A stretch of 64,000 nt of DNA, from NCBI GenBank assembly GCA_964016885.1, contig OZ024743.1, positions 282,038,001 through 282,102,000 of the forward strand. The letters are read 5' to 3'. Every line of letters starts with the position of its first letter. Positions within the stretch are counted from its first letter, which is position 1. Below, in pieces: positions 41,633-56,139 of the stretch. Origin of the DNA: Eledone cirrhosa (Eukaryota). The translations under genes were made by a program, and so were the position numbers. The notes beneath the pieces are model-generated. The model was not told the DNA's origin, ran no database searches, and saw only the letters and a list, made by a program, of their open reading frames with translations.

Positions 41633-42862
41633 TTAATTAACAATAAATAATAATAATAATTTCTACTTGGAAGTAAGTAATGCTTGTGTTGACATTAATT
41701 GTACCCAGTGATGGAAGAAATGAGAATTTGGTGAAACTGATGATATTATTTGTGGAGTTATATGTGGCATGCTGCAATTTGCAAGAAGAGTGACATTAGC
41801 TGAATGGAAAGGAACAGGGAGAGGATTCCCTTTCCTAGTGATGTTCCAGAAATATCAGGAGTGATATCATGTGAGCAGAAGGGGATCAGTACAAGGTCTC
41901 ACTTTGGTAGGTTATGGTTGTTAGCAAATGCATTTCATTGAGCTCTTATGGAACTTGGAATTTTCTCACTAGAATTTGGCTGAGTAGAGTTCATGGATTA
42001 CTTTATTAGATTAATAGTGATGTTTAGGACTGGCAAGGTAAGCGATTTTACATGTCCTATTTACATAGCTCCTTTGTGTTGATATTTCTAATGAATAGTG
42101 TTACAATCTCTGTGTTACAATCAATTTTCAGTATAATCAAGATTTTTTAAAAGTTTTAATTGTAACTTTTAATATTTAGATATATTGCACTGATGTTGAC
42201 AAACTGAAATCTTGTGTAATCATTCATGTTACAAGATTTGAATTTTGCATTAATGGATATTTTAAGATGGAGTGGTATTAAAAGGATTAAAAAATAAAGT
42301 ATGAAGGTTTAAGTTGTTGTTTAGCTCCAAGTTGGCTCTAATTGAGTAGACCTATGACCAAAAACATGCCAGTTGCAACCATCCTGTCTTTCTTTCTCTC
42401 TCTTTAAATATATCTTATATGTTCCTGTTTTAAAATAATAGGATGTAGTTAAAAGGAGATTTAGCTGCTTTGTCTAGCAAGTCAAATGACTACATAGGAA
42501 AGAAAGGAGTCTATCATTTTGCTGATACTATCTGCCAGTTGCAACTCTTGGCAAAAGAGGTGAGATTTGAACTCAAAATGCATGGAGCTGGATCAGATAC
42601 CACAAATCATCCCTCTGATTCTACAAAGCCCATGGACAGTTACTTTATTTATCAATTGCAAAAAAATAAAAGGCAAGGTTGACTTTGGCAGAATTTGGAC
42701 TCAAAGTACAGTAGGCATTTAATCTGATGCCCTAATGTCTCTACCAATTTGTCTATATAGAGGCACTCTCATTGGTTCATGGAGGGTTAGGTTATTTGAA
42801 GAGGGGTCTATTAATATGATAAACAACTTTTATGCACGGAACTGATCCAAAGTAAAACCTAC

Positions 42863-43057
42863 CTGTTTGACCAGGCTTGTAAATTGGTTTGTCAGGTTGC
42901 ACAAGAATCATCAGCTTGTTTTTATTTATCTTTATTCGATAACTGTCCCCAAATTTCACTGTTGAATTAGTTGAATTGAGTCCTTTCCCATTGATATTTA
43001 ACAAAGGGTTTTTTTTCCTTACAAAAGGAATGTAAAGGGAAAAACAAGGTTCATTTT
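42863..43057 (-). CDS. A2M/TEP-like exon (MG1-MG2)
   Basis: tttcag|...|gtaggt; ends ILVQPDKPIYKPGQT, the A2M-family F/LxQTDKPIYKPGQTV motif; 195 nt, phase 1-1. Confidence 0.93.
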
Positions 43058-45263
43058 CTGAAATAGAAAAATAAAGGATAATCAAATTAGTATGCTTAAT
43101 ATGAAGCATTGTGTGATATGTGGTTAGGATTGTTTTGGGAAAGTTAGTATAATGCAAATTAGAAATACAGGAGTGAAAATGAGAGTAAAGTAAGACAAAC
43201 AAAACAGTTTACACTTTTACCTTATATTTCATGATATATAACCCATGCTAGCGTGGAAGATGGACGTTAAACGAAGATGATGATGATGATGATGATATAT
43301 ATAATCATCATCATCATTTAACATCCATTTTACTTGCTTCTTAGACACTACTTCCACCATCACTGTGCAATCTCATTCAACCAAGGATCACCCTCACTTG
43401 TCATTACATTGTCAAACACCCACCACAATTTTCTTACATCCATCTCTCTCACACATCACCACTTGAACCCCTCCCACTATTGCTGGTACCACAATAAAAT
43501 GGATCCAGCACATTCTGTAAAGTGGTTGGAATTAGAAAGAGCTTCCAGCTGTAGCAACCATGCTAAAAATAGTTGAGAGGACTCTCCAGCCATGATACAA
43601 CAAAGTTTCTAGTGCTGGTGCCATGAAAAATGCATTCATTACACCTTGTATGATGGTTGGTGATAGTAAAGGCATCCAGCTGTAAAAACCATGCCAAAAT
43701 AGGTCAGGAGGACTCTTCAGTTTTGTCAAGGGCACGATAACCTCTCTGGTGTTGGCAATCTACAGAATAAATGCACCCAGTATAGTCTGTAATGTAGTTG
43801 GTTAAATGGAGGACTCTTCAGCTCTGTCAAAGAGATGACAACCGCTCAAGTGGTATGATAAAATTCACTCGGTAGAGTTCAAGAATGTAAGTGAGATACA
43901 GTCCCTCCACCCCTCTGAGAAGTCAGAATCTCCACTTAATTACTGACTTGGTCTGTGATGACCTATCTAACCCTTGCTATCAAGAAAAGGAACATTAAAT
44001 TATGATGATGATTTCATCGTGATCATGATAAGGATATATTGAAAATTACATTAACAATACATGTGCCTGTAGAAAACTCAACAACTTTACATACTAATTC
44101 AGTGAGCATGTAGTTGAGTTGATCTCGATCAAACAACTGAATATTCATTATTGAAACCCACAGAGATCCATTTACTTTACAATTAATGCAAAATTATTGT
44201 GGAACCAGAATTGTGAATAATATCTATATGGTGCAGTAATCTATATGCATAAAAATGTGTCTATCTCTAGACAAATGTGTTCCTTCTGTCTTTTTTCAGA
44301 TATGATACATCCTCTTTTAAGATAGTAGGGTTTGATTCGAGGGAAATTTGCCTGCTATTGCTTACAGGTCAAGCAACTGCTTAGAAGCTTCTTAACTGGT
44401 TCATAGTGCAGTTGTCCATGGTGTGTACAAGTGTTGTGTAGCTTTTATAGGTATGAAGTACCCTATTTTAACCCTTTAGCATTTATGCGAGTATGGGAAG
44501 CAAAGCCTTTACTGTGAAAATATAACAGTATATAATAGAGTAATGTAAATGCTAATGGGTTAAGTGGATTGTAGGATACGTTTTGTTGTTTAGCACCAGA
44601 TGAAATATAATCAAGAAGATCTGTGATCAAAGCTAGTACACTTGTATTTGTTCGATCTTTTTTTTAAAGCATATAGTATCTAGAACTACATTATTTTATG
44701 TATTTTTTTTTAAGATGGCAGAGTAGGATTTTAGAGATACTAGGCTGCTATTTCTAGTAGGTAAAGCAACCACATAAAGGTTCTGGCCTTTGAGATTTGA
44801 AGAAGAGAGAATAAAGGCCCAAGCAAATTTGCCAGAGTCTACAATTGATCTTATGTATCTGTAACTTTAAGATATTGTCAAGAGGGAAGCTTATTCTTCA
44901 CACTTGGCAACTTAAATTACAGTGTGAGACCAAACATACTGGTTAATAAACATATTAACTCTTAACGTTGTGATGATTTGGTAAGAAATATCTAAAAATA
45001 TGTTTGATAATTCAAATGTTTATAGTATCTTTACTAGTTGACTAGTCTTTGTGTAAATTTAAAGTATAAATTGAAATAAAAAATGTTCAAAGTTTCCAAA
45101 ATGTCTATATTGATGCCAAAGCATAGATTTCTACTACTATTCACATACATACAGTCTACCCCTACCTTCACATACACATATATGCAAACATAAAAAGAAA
45201 GAGTGTTGGCATGGGGAGAGAGAAAAAGAGACAAGATAAAATTAATTTTGATATATTACTTAC

Positions 45264-45412
45264 TATTAGGGTACTCTATCTGTTTGAGTAAAGTTTCATT
45301 CGGCAATAACAGAGAAATGTTCACATTGGCTTGTATCATTTTATGGAAATATAGACATACCCAGGTCTTCTCATTTTCAATCACAGTCCCAGGGAAAGTA
45401 AAAATAAAGCCA
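45264..45412 (-). CDS. Alpha-2-macroglobulin/TEP-like gene, first exon seen (MG1 domain start)
   Basis: ttttag|T GGC TTT...CCT AAT A|gtaagt; encodes GFIFTFPGTVIENEKTWVCLYFHKMIQANVNISLLLPNETLLKQIEYPN; 149 nt, ends in phase 1 matching the next exon. Confidence 0.8.
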
Positions 45413-46944
45413 CTAAAATGTAAATATGAAATATATTGGTTAGCAAAATTTAAACATATTACATTAACTCTTAACATGACATCACATTAACACTACAACT
45501 AAAAACATTACAACACTACAACATTAAAAAATTATGCTGCAAATTTTCATAATGATCTGTCCACTAGTAAAGATACTATAAACAACTGAATCCACATCCT
45601 CCCACATTTTCCTAGGGAAAATCAAGTAGGGGCTCTAAATTAAGAATTCCTCAAGGGAAACCAGATAGGTGGCCTAAATTTGTAAAGGTAAAACAAGCAG
45701 GAGGCCTAATCATTACGCAATGCTAAAATGTGGTGTGGTAGCACAAAGAAAAAATAGAGTTAATAATGCCTTTCTTAGAAGGAACATTTTACATATTTTA
45801 ATAATTGTTTCTACTTTTGGCTCAAGGCCAGCAATTATCCCAGTGTATTGCTGGTGCTTTATTTTATCGACCCCGTAAGGATGAAAGGCAAAGTTAACCT
45901 CAGCAGGATTTGAACTCAGACCATAAAGGGCCGTAACTCTTTGCTGTAAAGCATGGTGGCAGACCCTCTACTGATACTGCCAAACTACATATTTTAATAA
46001 TAGTGATAGTAACTAGTAGTGATAGTAACTATTCATATTTATTTTACCACATAGCCAGGAAGAGAAAAGCACTGCCTATGACCTTCTATTTTTACAGGAT
46101 CTTCAGAACTGGTTGAAAAAAGGGAAGCAGTTGTCCTCTAACCGTAGACATTGCTTGAATGCTTGCAGCAGAGTACTGTTAAACTGGGTCACAGATTAAG
46201 TCTACTGTGTAATCAATTATCATTTAGTCTTGCTGTGGAAGTAGGCCCTGTGAAATTAGGCCCACAGAGTTTTGTGACGATTTTTGTCTTTCTTAAGTTT
46301 CATCAAGGGATGTTTATCTCTCCCTTCCAAGATCGAATCCTGAGAATAATGATAATAATGATAATGATGATGGTAATGGTGATAATGATAATAATAAGGA
46401 TAATGATGATAATGATAATAATAATTGTTTCTACATTTGGCACAAGGCCAGCAATTACCCAGTGCATTACTGGTACTTTATTTTATCGACCCCATAAGGA
46501 TGAAAGGCAAAGTTAACCTTGGCAGGATTTGAACTCAGATCGTAAGGGGACGTAACTATGTTGGAAAGCATGTCCAACCCTCTACCGATACTGCCAATTC
46601 ACCAATGGTTTCTGATTTAGGCACAAGGCCAACAATTTGGGAGGGAAGGGAAAGTTGATTAAATCATCCCCAGTGCATTACTTCTACTCTATTTTATCGA
46701 CCCAGTAAGGATAAAAGGCAAAGCTAACCTTGGCAGGATTTAAACTCAGAACATAAAGGGACGTAACTCTATGATGCAAAACATCCAACGCTTTACCATT
46801 ATTGCTAATTCACCAGGATGATAATGAATATAATAATGAGGATGATGATGATGATGATATTGTAAATGTTGTATGGTAAGTTTGAATATTACCTCCCACA
46901 TATAACAGAATGTAAAAAAATACTATCACTGTGACTTCTACTGT

Positions 46945-47300
46945 CGAATTTCCCTGAACATTTACTGCATATGTAGTTTTCCTTACCTGTTAGTTTGCCT
47001 GCTATCCCACTACATCTCTTGTGTACCCAAGATTTGCATTGTGTGCATTTTATAGAATTTATGCCAGCTCCTCTTCTACATATCGAATATGGCCATTTCC
47101 CTGATGGAATCAGAGTTTTGTCCTCTTTTCTACTTATCAACACTTTTGTCTTAGCTAGGTTCACTCTCAGTCCTCTTGATTCCAACTTCTGTTTCCATAG
47201 CCAGAATTTTTTCTCTAGCTCTTCTACTGATTCCGCTATAAGAACCAGATTGTCAGCATAGAGAAGTTCCCATGGGCAGCCAGTATCTGGAATTCCTCAC
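46945..47300 (-). mobile_element. RTE-clade LINE fragment
   Basis: MESRGLRVNLAKTKV...CTQCKSWVHKRCSGI...YICSKC. Confidence 0.85.
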
Positions 47301-47999
47301 TAAACTCCATTCCTACTCTCTCTTTACTGACAGCACCTTTGTGACCAGAGTGACCACTTCACAGTGTAGACAACCCTTTTTGTCGTAGCACCAAAACAAC
47401 CACTTTACAATGTGGAAGGGTACTTTTTGTCATAGCACTAGTATAACCATTTTACAGAGTGGACTGAGTGCTTTTTTGTCGCCGCCTAAGTAAAAATACC
47501 TTATAATATTTATTTATACCATCATCATTATCATCATGATTTTAAGACTGCTTTCCATGCTGGCATAGATTGGACAGACTTGGCATGATTTCTACAGTTG
47601 GATGCTCTTCCTAATGTCAACCAGTTTACAGAGTGTACTAAATGCATTTTATGATAGTACCAACATTAGTGAAGTCATTTTGTTGTCAACAAGACTAGAG
47701 AAGTCATCTCAACTTTACATGGTTTCAGTTCAGTCACTATCCCTATATAGAGTGTACTGGATGTATTTTATCATAGCATCAGCACTAATGAGTTTGCCTT
47801 AATGTTCAAGGCTAAAGGGGTACTCACTACACTATGTTTTCCCTGAATATCCTGCAAACATTAACTTTGCTTTCCATCCTTCCGTGGTTGATAAAATAAA
47901 ATGCTAATCAAATAATGGGGTTGATTACATCATCTATATTATCCACTCTAAAATATATAGCCTTATGTCTAGGTTAGAAATTATTATTGTTGTTGTTAC

Positions 48000-48039
<40 letters not shown>

Positions 48040-51000
48040 GGCGACCTACGTAGTAAATCGTATCATCGTGAGCTCCGCAAAGGTTTGTTATTTCCGTTTG
48101 TTAAAAATTGCCATTTATGGAAAATGTTATTGTTAACTGTTTATAAGCGCACATACATTGTTTTCTGAAAGGGACACCCAAAAAGATTGGGGCCTTGTGC
48201 CCAAAATTTAAACATTTATAATTATCAAAAACATTTCTTTGAAAAAAAAACATGGAAGTCTCACAGCCACACGAAGCTGACAGCCTTCCTCATAAACTAA
48301 CACCTCACACCGACACCACCATTGTAAATATTACTACATTTGCCAACACTAAAAATTTAATCAGTAGCAATATTTTTAATTTGTCTCAGGCAGACATTCA
48401 TTTCCCGCCATTACCAATGACTGCAGGTGTTAAAGCCGCCACCACCACCACTACCGCAACAACCACCACCACGACAACAGAAACAAAAGGAAAAAATAAA
48501 TCAACTCGTGATGTCGAAATGTTTTCAACCAAAATGGACTCTTCCACACTATAAAAAAACTGACGTCACCAACACCACAACTGAAACTAAAATTAATAAT
48601 AACAAAAATAACAATAACAACAACAGCAACAATGACATTAAAAAAACCACCCTGAGTTTTGCCAGAGTACCAAAACAGTGCGAAGCATTTACGGTAACTC
48701 AGGAGGAATTAGAAAATGCCAAAAAAATGGTAAAGAAAGATGGGTACGATGTGTACGCATCACCCAGCCGTCCGGGATCGGGGTAAGGAGTTGCTGTGCT
48801 TTTTCGGAGAGGTTTGGTTCTTGCCATACGAGCCATCTTCCTGGACCCAGAAGGTAAGTTGGTGGTGCTAGACGTGACCAGCGGAGACGGGCAAGCTTTC
48901 AGGCTAGTGGCCGTCTATGCCCCGACAGGAGCAGGGCGGCCTGATTTCTTCCGGCGTCTGGAGACCTTTCTTGGAACGTCCCGCTCTTTAGTGTTAGTGG
49001 GCAACTGGAACGGGATCTTAGCTGCACGCTGGGACTGTGTGGGATCAGCGGATAGGGGAGGAGGGTGCAAGAGCCTCACCAACTTGCTCAGGCGTTTTGA
49101 ACTGTCTGACAGGTACCGATTGGATTTCCCGAATGTGCCAATGTGGACTTGGACAAATCGCATAGGGTCATCCAGATCATATTTAGATAGAGTATTTTGT
49201 AGGGAAATAGATAGGTCTAGCATAGGCTGTCCACAATTCAAGATAGTCAGCTACACGGACCACAAATTCGTGATCTGTGTGCTTGACTTAGATAGGCTTC
49301 ATAGACGAGGACCCGGCTACTGGAAGCTGAACGCGTCCTTACCAGCGAACTAGTTAAGCGGGCTCTGAAAAGAGCAATTAGAATAGAGTCCATTAGGTTT
49401 AGTAAGGCTTTAGCAATAGAGAAAAATAGAGCAGAGGGAGAATTAGTTAAAAAATTAGACGAGGCGCTTAGCAAAGGCATCGCGACCGACGTACTTGCGG
49501 CGAAATTGGCCCTTGACCAATTCTTCAATGCAAAGTACGAAGGCTGCGTTGTCAGAGCTAGTGTGCGTGCTCTCAGACACGAGGGGACGAAAGCCATTCA
49601 ATGGGCCCGAGTGGCGGAGGCGCGTCGTGGCAACAAAGCCACGATCCGGTCTTTGGTGGACCACGACGGGCGCATGCTACTCGATCTCGGGCAAATGTGT
49701 GAAGCTTTTCAGCGACACTTCGCACAGCTGTTCGGAGGCAGCGGCGGGCCGGATCGAGGGATGGACTTTAGTGTTTACCTTGACGGACTGCCGCGGCTCT
49801 CGGCCACTGAGGCGGAGTGTTGCGAAAAGCCAATAACAGCCGCTGAAGTACGGGAGGCAATGACTGGCTGCACAAGGGGTAAATCGCCTGGTTTGGATGG
49901 TCTGCCCTATGAACTTTACGTAGAGATGCCAGACTTGTTCGGAGGCCTCTTGGCGGACGTCTACTGCAACTGGCAACAGAACGGGAGAATTCCCAGCTCT
50001 GTGAGCCGAGGAGCTGTGGCGCTGCTGAGAAAGGATCCGAACAAGGGGGATAACATAGATAATTTTAGGCCCATAACTCTGCTAAACACAGAGTTCAAGA
50101 TTTTGGCCAAGGTGCTAGCAAAGAGGTTGGCGCTTGTCGTTGGTGGTCTGGTGGGAGAGGCACAAACATGCGCCATTCCCGACAGATCCATCCACGACAA
50201 CCTCCACCTCATGCGATACATCGTAGAGAGGGTAGCTAGGGAACCTGGCACGGGTGGGTCTTTGATAAATTTAGATCAGTCGAAAGCTTTCGATAGGGTC
50301 GACCATCGTTACCTAGCGGCAGTCCTGAGGGCGGCTGGCTTTGGGCCCGTCTTCAGAGGCTGGATCGCTGCCATGCACAGAGACATCTGCTCTGTGGTGA
50401 GAGTGAACGATCACCTTTCGGAACCGTTCAACATCATGCGCTCGGTCCGCCAAGGATGTCCCCTCTCGTCCCTCTTGTACGTATTGACTCTCGAGCCCTT
50501 ACTGCACAAACTGGAGACGTTGAGGGGGGTCCCGCGCGAACTAGGATGCGGAAGATCCGTGTCAGCATATGCGGACGATGTCACCGTAGTGGTGTCGAAC
50601 GCCAAACACATCGAGGCAATCGGCACTACACTAAGAGAATACGAAGCGGTGACAGGAGCAATGATCAACCAGGAAGTCAGTGGGCCTGCAGCTCAGCACC
50701 TGGAGAGGCAGATCCATGCCGTCCAACAGCGTCGTCGGGCGCTGGACGGACGGACCGGTTAAATTGCTAGGGGTCTGGTTCGGTCCCGACCTCCAGACGG
50801 ACAAAAACTGGGACGAGGTGACGAGCAGGGTGGCTTCTCTCACCCAGAAATGGGCGGAGAGGAAGCTATCCCTGAAAGGTCGAGCGGAGGTGGCTAACGC
50901 GTACATCGCGTCCATCATCTACTACCGCCTGACCGTTGTACCTTGTCCTACGCCCCGCCTGACTGCGCTGGAGCGTTTGCTCTTTCGCTTTTTGTGGAAG

Positions 51001-52178
51001 GGACGTGCTCCGATGATCAGGCGGTCCATCTGCTGTCAACACCCGTAACGCGGAGGGCTGGGCATGCCGTGGCTGATGATGCGCAGACATGCGTTCGGGC
51101 TACGGCATCTCCACCTCTTCCTCGACGGTGATCAGGTGTGGTCGCCCTTTGCTAGACACATGTTTCCCCAGCTTGTCTCTTTGGCGGAGCTGCAGTCCTG
51201 GGTCAAGCGAAGACCGAGAGGAAGCGCTTGGAGACTGGAATGTCTTCAGGCGCTTACAGCCCTCAACTAGTCGAGCAATACAATCGTTGGAAACTCTACC
51301 TTGGCTTTCTATAGAGGATTAGTGGAAGGAAAGAGCAACGACATCCTTGGGAAGCCTCTAGGCGTCGAGGAAAACCAATTAGCCAATCTCTTCGGGAGAA
51401 CTTTCAGGCCGGGGCCCATGGACAACTTCCAGAAATCCCTAGCCTGGCAGTGCTACCGAGGAGCCTTACCAGTTCGGGATAAACTCTACAGGCATGAAAG
51501 TGCCGTCAGCCGGGCCTGTCCGAGATGAGCACAGGGCGGTGAAACCGTCCTGCACGCACTTGTCCAGTGTCCGAACATTGCCGATTTGTGGGTTTATGCC
51601 GAACACCTGCTGTCACGTGTAGAACAGATCCGGCTATCAGCTGAGTCCATCATGAAGATTGCCCCACCACCTTCCTTTAGCCGAGAAGGGCAGGCAGTTT
51701 TTATCTTCCTGGTGGCCATGGTAAAAGAGATTGTATGGTGGGCACGTCTGAAAGGGTTGAAGACCGGTACTTTCCTCCTCGGTGACGCCCTCATTAACTT
51801 TTTCAGGTTTCACCTGAAGAGGAAAATCAGGGTGAAGAGGGAAGTGCTGCCTTCCAGCCTGTTTGTTGAAAGGTGGGTGAGAGAGGCAAGAATGGTCTGT
51901 GTGAATGGGTCTACCTTGAGCGTGTGCCTGTAGCATTGTAGGAGGAAAACTAGAAGAGGGCATTTGCCCTAGCGGTCAGGGTAACCGTGGCTTTTCTTGT
52001 GGGCTTTCTCCACGAGCAACCCTCGGAGGTCTCCCCTCTATTGGGAATTTTTCATTGTTTCTTTTGTCACATACTCTGTTTTGTTTTTTTTTACACGCAG
52101 AAATGCCCATTTGTATTGTCCTGTGTTGTCCTTAATGTTATACTTTGTGTCAACCCTTGTGGTTAATAAAGAAAGCAT
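48040..52178 (+). mobile_element. Tx1/L1 LINE family A, internally deleted, with stops and frameshifts
   Basis: ORF1 start joined to the AP endonuclease (VAVYAP, SYLDRVF, YTDHK), then RT (KSPGLDG, NFRPITLLN, LDQSKAFDRV, VRQGCPLS, AYADD) and a C-terminal Cys/His motif; ends aataaagaaagc(ATT)n and is preceded by (ATT)n. Confidence 0.92.
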
Positions 52179-52425
52179 TATTATTATTATTATTATTCGT
52201 GGATTGGCAGTATCGGTAGAGGGTCGGACGCCGTACTTTCATACATAGTTACGGCCCTTGCCATTCTGAGTTCAAATCCCGCCGAGGTTAACTTTGCCTT
52301 TCATCCTTACAGGGTCGATAAAATAAAGTACCAGTAATGCACTGGGTAGTTGCTGGCCTTGTGCCAAAAGTAGAAACAATTATTATTATTATTATTATCA
52401 TTATTATTATTATTATTATTATTAT

Positions 52426-55400
52426 AGTTGCATTTATCTTGCTTTATTTTCATATGAGTTATCACCAAGTCACAACCAGTGACCTCAAGAGACAACAAGG
52501 TCCGCCATGTTCAAGAAAGAACATACATACACATGCATCTTTAGGTGTTTAGACTTGTGATGTACTTATATTGACAGAATCTTCCTTAGTATATGGGCAG
52601 TTCCCATTAGTACTATCTTTTGTATTTCTTCTATATGCGGGTTTCCTGGGATTTGCGATAAGTAATCATTAGACCCCTTAGGTATCATTCCTAGAGCGCC
52701 TACAACCACTGGTATTGTTTTAGTTCTCAACTTCCATATTTTTCCAATTTCTATCTCCAGGTCTTTATACTTGCTCAATTTTTCAAATGGTTTTATAGAT
52801 ACATTCTTGTTTATTGGAACGGACATATCAATCAGCAGGCATACCCTCTTTTTAAAGTCCTTCAGTATTATATCAGGTCTATTTGCATCTATGTTTCGGT
52901 CTGTTTGGATGCTAAAGTTCCACAAGATGGAGATGTGATCTTTTTCAAGTACGGGAGGTGGTTGATGCTCCCACCAATTCTTTTGTTGGGGCAGGTCAAA
53001 ATGCTTACACATTATCCAATGTATGTATTGTGCAGCTCTGTCGTGCCTGTTTAGGTATTTGGTTGGAGCTATAGGACTGCACATTGAAATTATATGATCA
53101 ATGGTCTCTGGTTGTTTTTTACACACACGGCATAATGGGTTGCATCCATTTTTTATTATGTTGGCTTGATAATTTTTTGTTGGCAGACACTGATTTTGTG
53201 CTGATATAATCAGTCCTTCAGTCTCCAATTTCAGTCCAGAGGATGCCAACCACTGATGGGTTAAAGTTTTGTCAACATCAGGATTGTTAGCTCTTTCTGG
53301 GTATTTTCCATACAGAGGCTTTTCTTGCCATTTCTTAGCCAGTTTCTGTAGCAGTTCTTTCTTTGCAGTTACTTTTACCTGCTTTGCTTTTTCTGTGTTT
53401 TTCATTTCAGCAGTAAATAAAACTTCTGAAATTTGTAGTTCATTGCTGTATCTTTGTGCATCTTTTGTAATGGAGTATGATCTTTTGATGCTTTCATGTT
53501 TCAAAACAAGTTTGATCATCCAATCATGTGATTCCCTTAGATATGTAAATAATCCAATTGTTGCAATTGATAGATTTTTGTGTCTATTATGACAATCTTC
53601 CAGTATCATTTTGTTAACCAAAAGCTGATCCTTACAGCCACATGAGTCTCGTTTACACCCTTTCTGCTCATTTGTTATCAGGTGATCATATGTATATTCA
53701 ATTAGGACTGATGTTAAAATGTTATACATTGTGGTCAAGCAAGTTATTGGTATGTAATTTTCGGGATTGTTTGTCTCATCATTCTTCGGAAGTAGGAATG
53801 TAATGCCGTTAACTAGCCATGATGGTATCTTTTCTGGCTTAACCATTTCATTGTAAAGTTGGGCTAACAGCTCATGAGACTCTGTGAAGGCATTTATTCA
53901 AAAATTTGGTATTTTGTCTTTCCCTGGGGATTTCTATTTGCTGGATTTTCTAAGAGCTAAACGCAGATGTTCAACTATTATATTTTCCCATGTTTTTTCC
54001 TCAAGGTGAGCTGTGTCTGTCTATCCATGGGGTATGTATATTATGAACTTTTTCTTCGGACCAGATCTTTTCCCAGAATTCTTGCACTTCCTCCTTGGGT
54101 GGTACTGATTTAGCAGTTATTGTTGACTTGCCAATTTTTCTGTTGACGTTTTTTTGGTTGTTTTTGAACATATTATTGTCCTTATAGAATCTAGATTGTT
54201 TTTCAAAGCGCCTTATACGAGCAGCTTTGGCCAAAACTTTTTGCTTGATTGTTTCTATCAGCATGTCTATGTCACTTGTTGATTTTATATTGTATTTTCT
54301 TTTCAATTTTCTAAGTTTAGTTTGTTTAACATGTTCACCTACTTTATAGTTTGCTAAAATTTCTATGTCAGATCGGAGAAGGTTTATTTGGCGATTGATG
54401 TTCTCTTGCCAAGTAGGTTTTTTGTGGGAATTCCTTTGTCTTTTCATTTTCACTCCACATAAGTGAGTGGTGACTTTAGCCGATGCATAATAGAGATGAT
54501 TTAGATCAGTAATGTTTAGATTATTTGTGATGATAATGTTTTTGAGAGTTATGTTAGTCTTGTGTATTATCCTTTGGTTTTGTTTGGAGTTCTGGATCTT
54601 AGGAAGAGTGTCTCGTTCCCCCATGTCAGATTCTTTAATTTTCATCCATTCGATCATAATTTCATTCTTCAAGTTGGTGCGTTTGTTCTCATTCATTTCT
54701 TTATCATTGACGATCTCATTGTTTTCATTTTGAGTTTCATCTTGAGCATGCACTCCTTCCACTTTTTCGATTCTTTCTTTAATTTGTTCTGTTGTCAGTG
54801 ATGCCGCCCCAACCCTGGGATTTGAAGTGTTACAATTTACCTCGTTTTCACTGACACATGTTTCATTTTCCCTTCGCTGGCTTTACGCTAATTGCTTGAT
54901 CTGGTCAATTTCTATATCAGTTAGTAACTTTTTCTTAACAATATTTCTTTGTATATTGGCTAGTTTGTTACTGTCAGTATAGTCTCTGTTTTCGGGAAGT
55001 TTCTTTTTCCAGTTGATATACGTCTGTTCTGTATTCGATCTATTTGATGGGTTTTACATGGCAGTGTAGAAAGCCTCAAGGACTTCTTTATTGTTTGCCC
55101 TTGACCATTTTTCTCTCTTTTTCTTTGGATTTCTTGGTGGTGAGCATGGAGGGCCAACAGTAGGAGTATTCTGGTTATGGGAGGTCTCCAGCTCTGAATT
55201 GATGCGAAGGTTTGAACCATTAGCTGATTTTTCGACCCCAGTCTGGTTCCTCTCTGAGGGACGCGGCCCTTTTTGAGAACGGGTGACGGCCGATCCGGTA
55301 TGAGATTTTATCATTTGACATTGGCTTTATTTTGTTGCGTTTTATCCTTAACCGCCAAGGGGCAATCATTTCGTGTTACCACTCCTAGGACGAGTGTCAA

Positions 55401-55551
55401 CCAAGACTAGAGGGGTCGTCCTCCCCTAGAGACACGGCTATTCCCCGTCGGCCGCCATCCCGGTATTTCTTGGTCACGGGTTTTTTTTTTTTTTTAAATT
55501 GTTATTATCATGAGTGGTTCCTTAATGTGAGCCCTTCGTGGCTGAGAAAGA
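52426..55551 (-). mobile_element. Dong/R4-clade non-LTR retrotransposon, internally deleted
   Basis: ORF 52566-53846 has CRVC..ETIDHIISMC, RHD, RPDII..LIDMSVP..KxxKYxDL (restriction-like endonuclease) but jumps from NLSIA to TIGLFTYL, skipping the RT core; (TAA)n at both ends. Confidence 0.9.
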
Positions 55552-56139
55552 AATTATTATTAATAATATACTTTTTGTTGAAGTTGCCACTGTTGTTGTT
55601 GTTGGCTTTGCCGGTGGTGCTGGGGCTTTTTCTATTGTTGGTGAGGGACTTCATTGCCATAGTAGTTAACTTCTGACCGAGTCACTATGTCAGTCTATTT
55701 ATCTTTTATTAGCCTCTCCCTTGTCTAGTGTTACTGCAACCTTCTCCTTTCTTAAGTTAACAGAGGGTAGTGGGGGAAAAGTGGTGGTAGCAATGGTGGA
55801 GTGGTGGCGGCGGTGATGGGATAATGGTACTGTAGTGATGGCATTGTAGCCACTAAATTCTGTTGAATAGAATAGACTGTATCTATTACTACTGTATTGT
55901 GTTTGTTTGATCTGTATATCTATGCGGTTTGTCGCCTATGTTTAATATACATGTTGACATATTTCTTTAATATTTGAATTAAATATTTTGAGATACAATA
56001 ATAATTATTATTATTATGATGCTGGGATAGGTGGTGTTGAAATTGCCGTTATCTGGCTGTTGTAATTAGTATTTATATTTTTGTATTTAGTGCACACAGA
56101 GGGTGGTGTATCTAGGTTGTGGTGGTGAAATTGCTGTTA

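Noticed and set aside
46889-46945. Possible signal-peptide exon ending GGGAG|gtaata (phase 2, compatible with exon 45412)
   Set aside because: The upstream frame is RTE-derived with no suitable ATG or hydrophobic leader; cannot be supported without transcripts.
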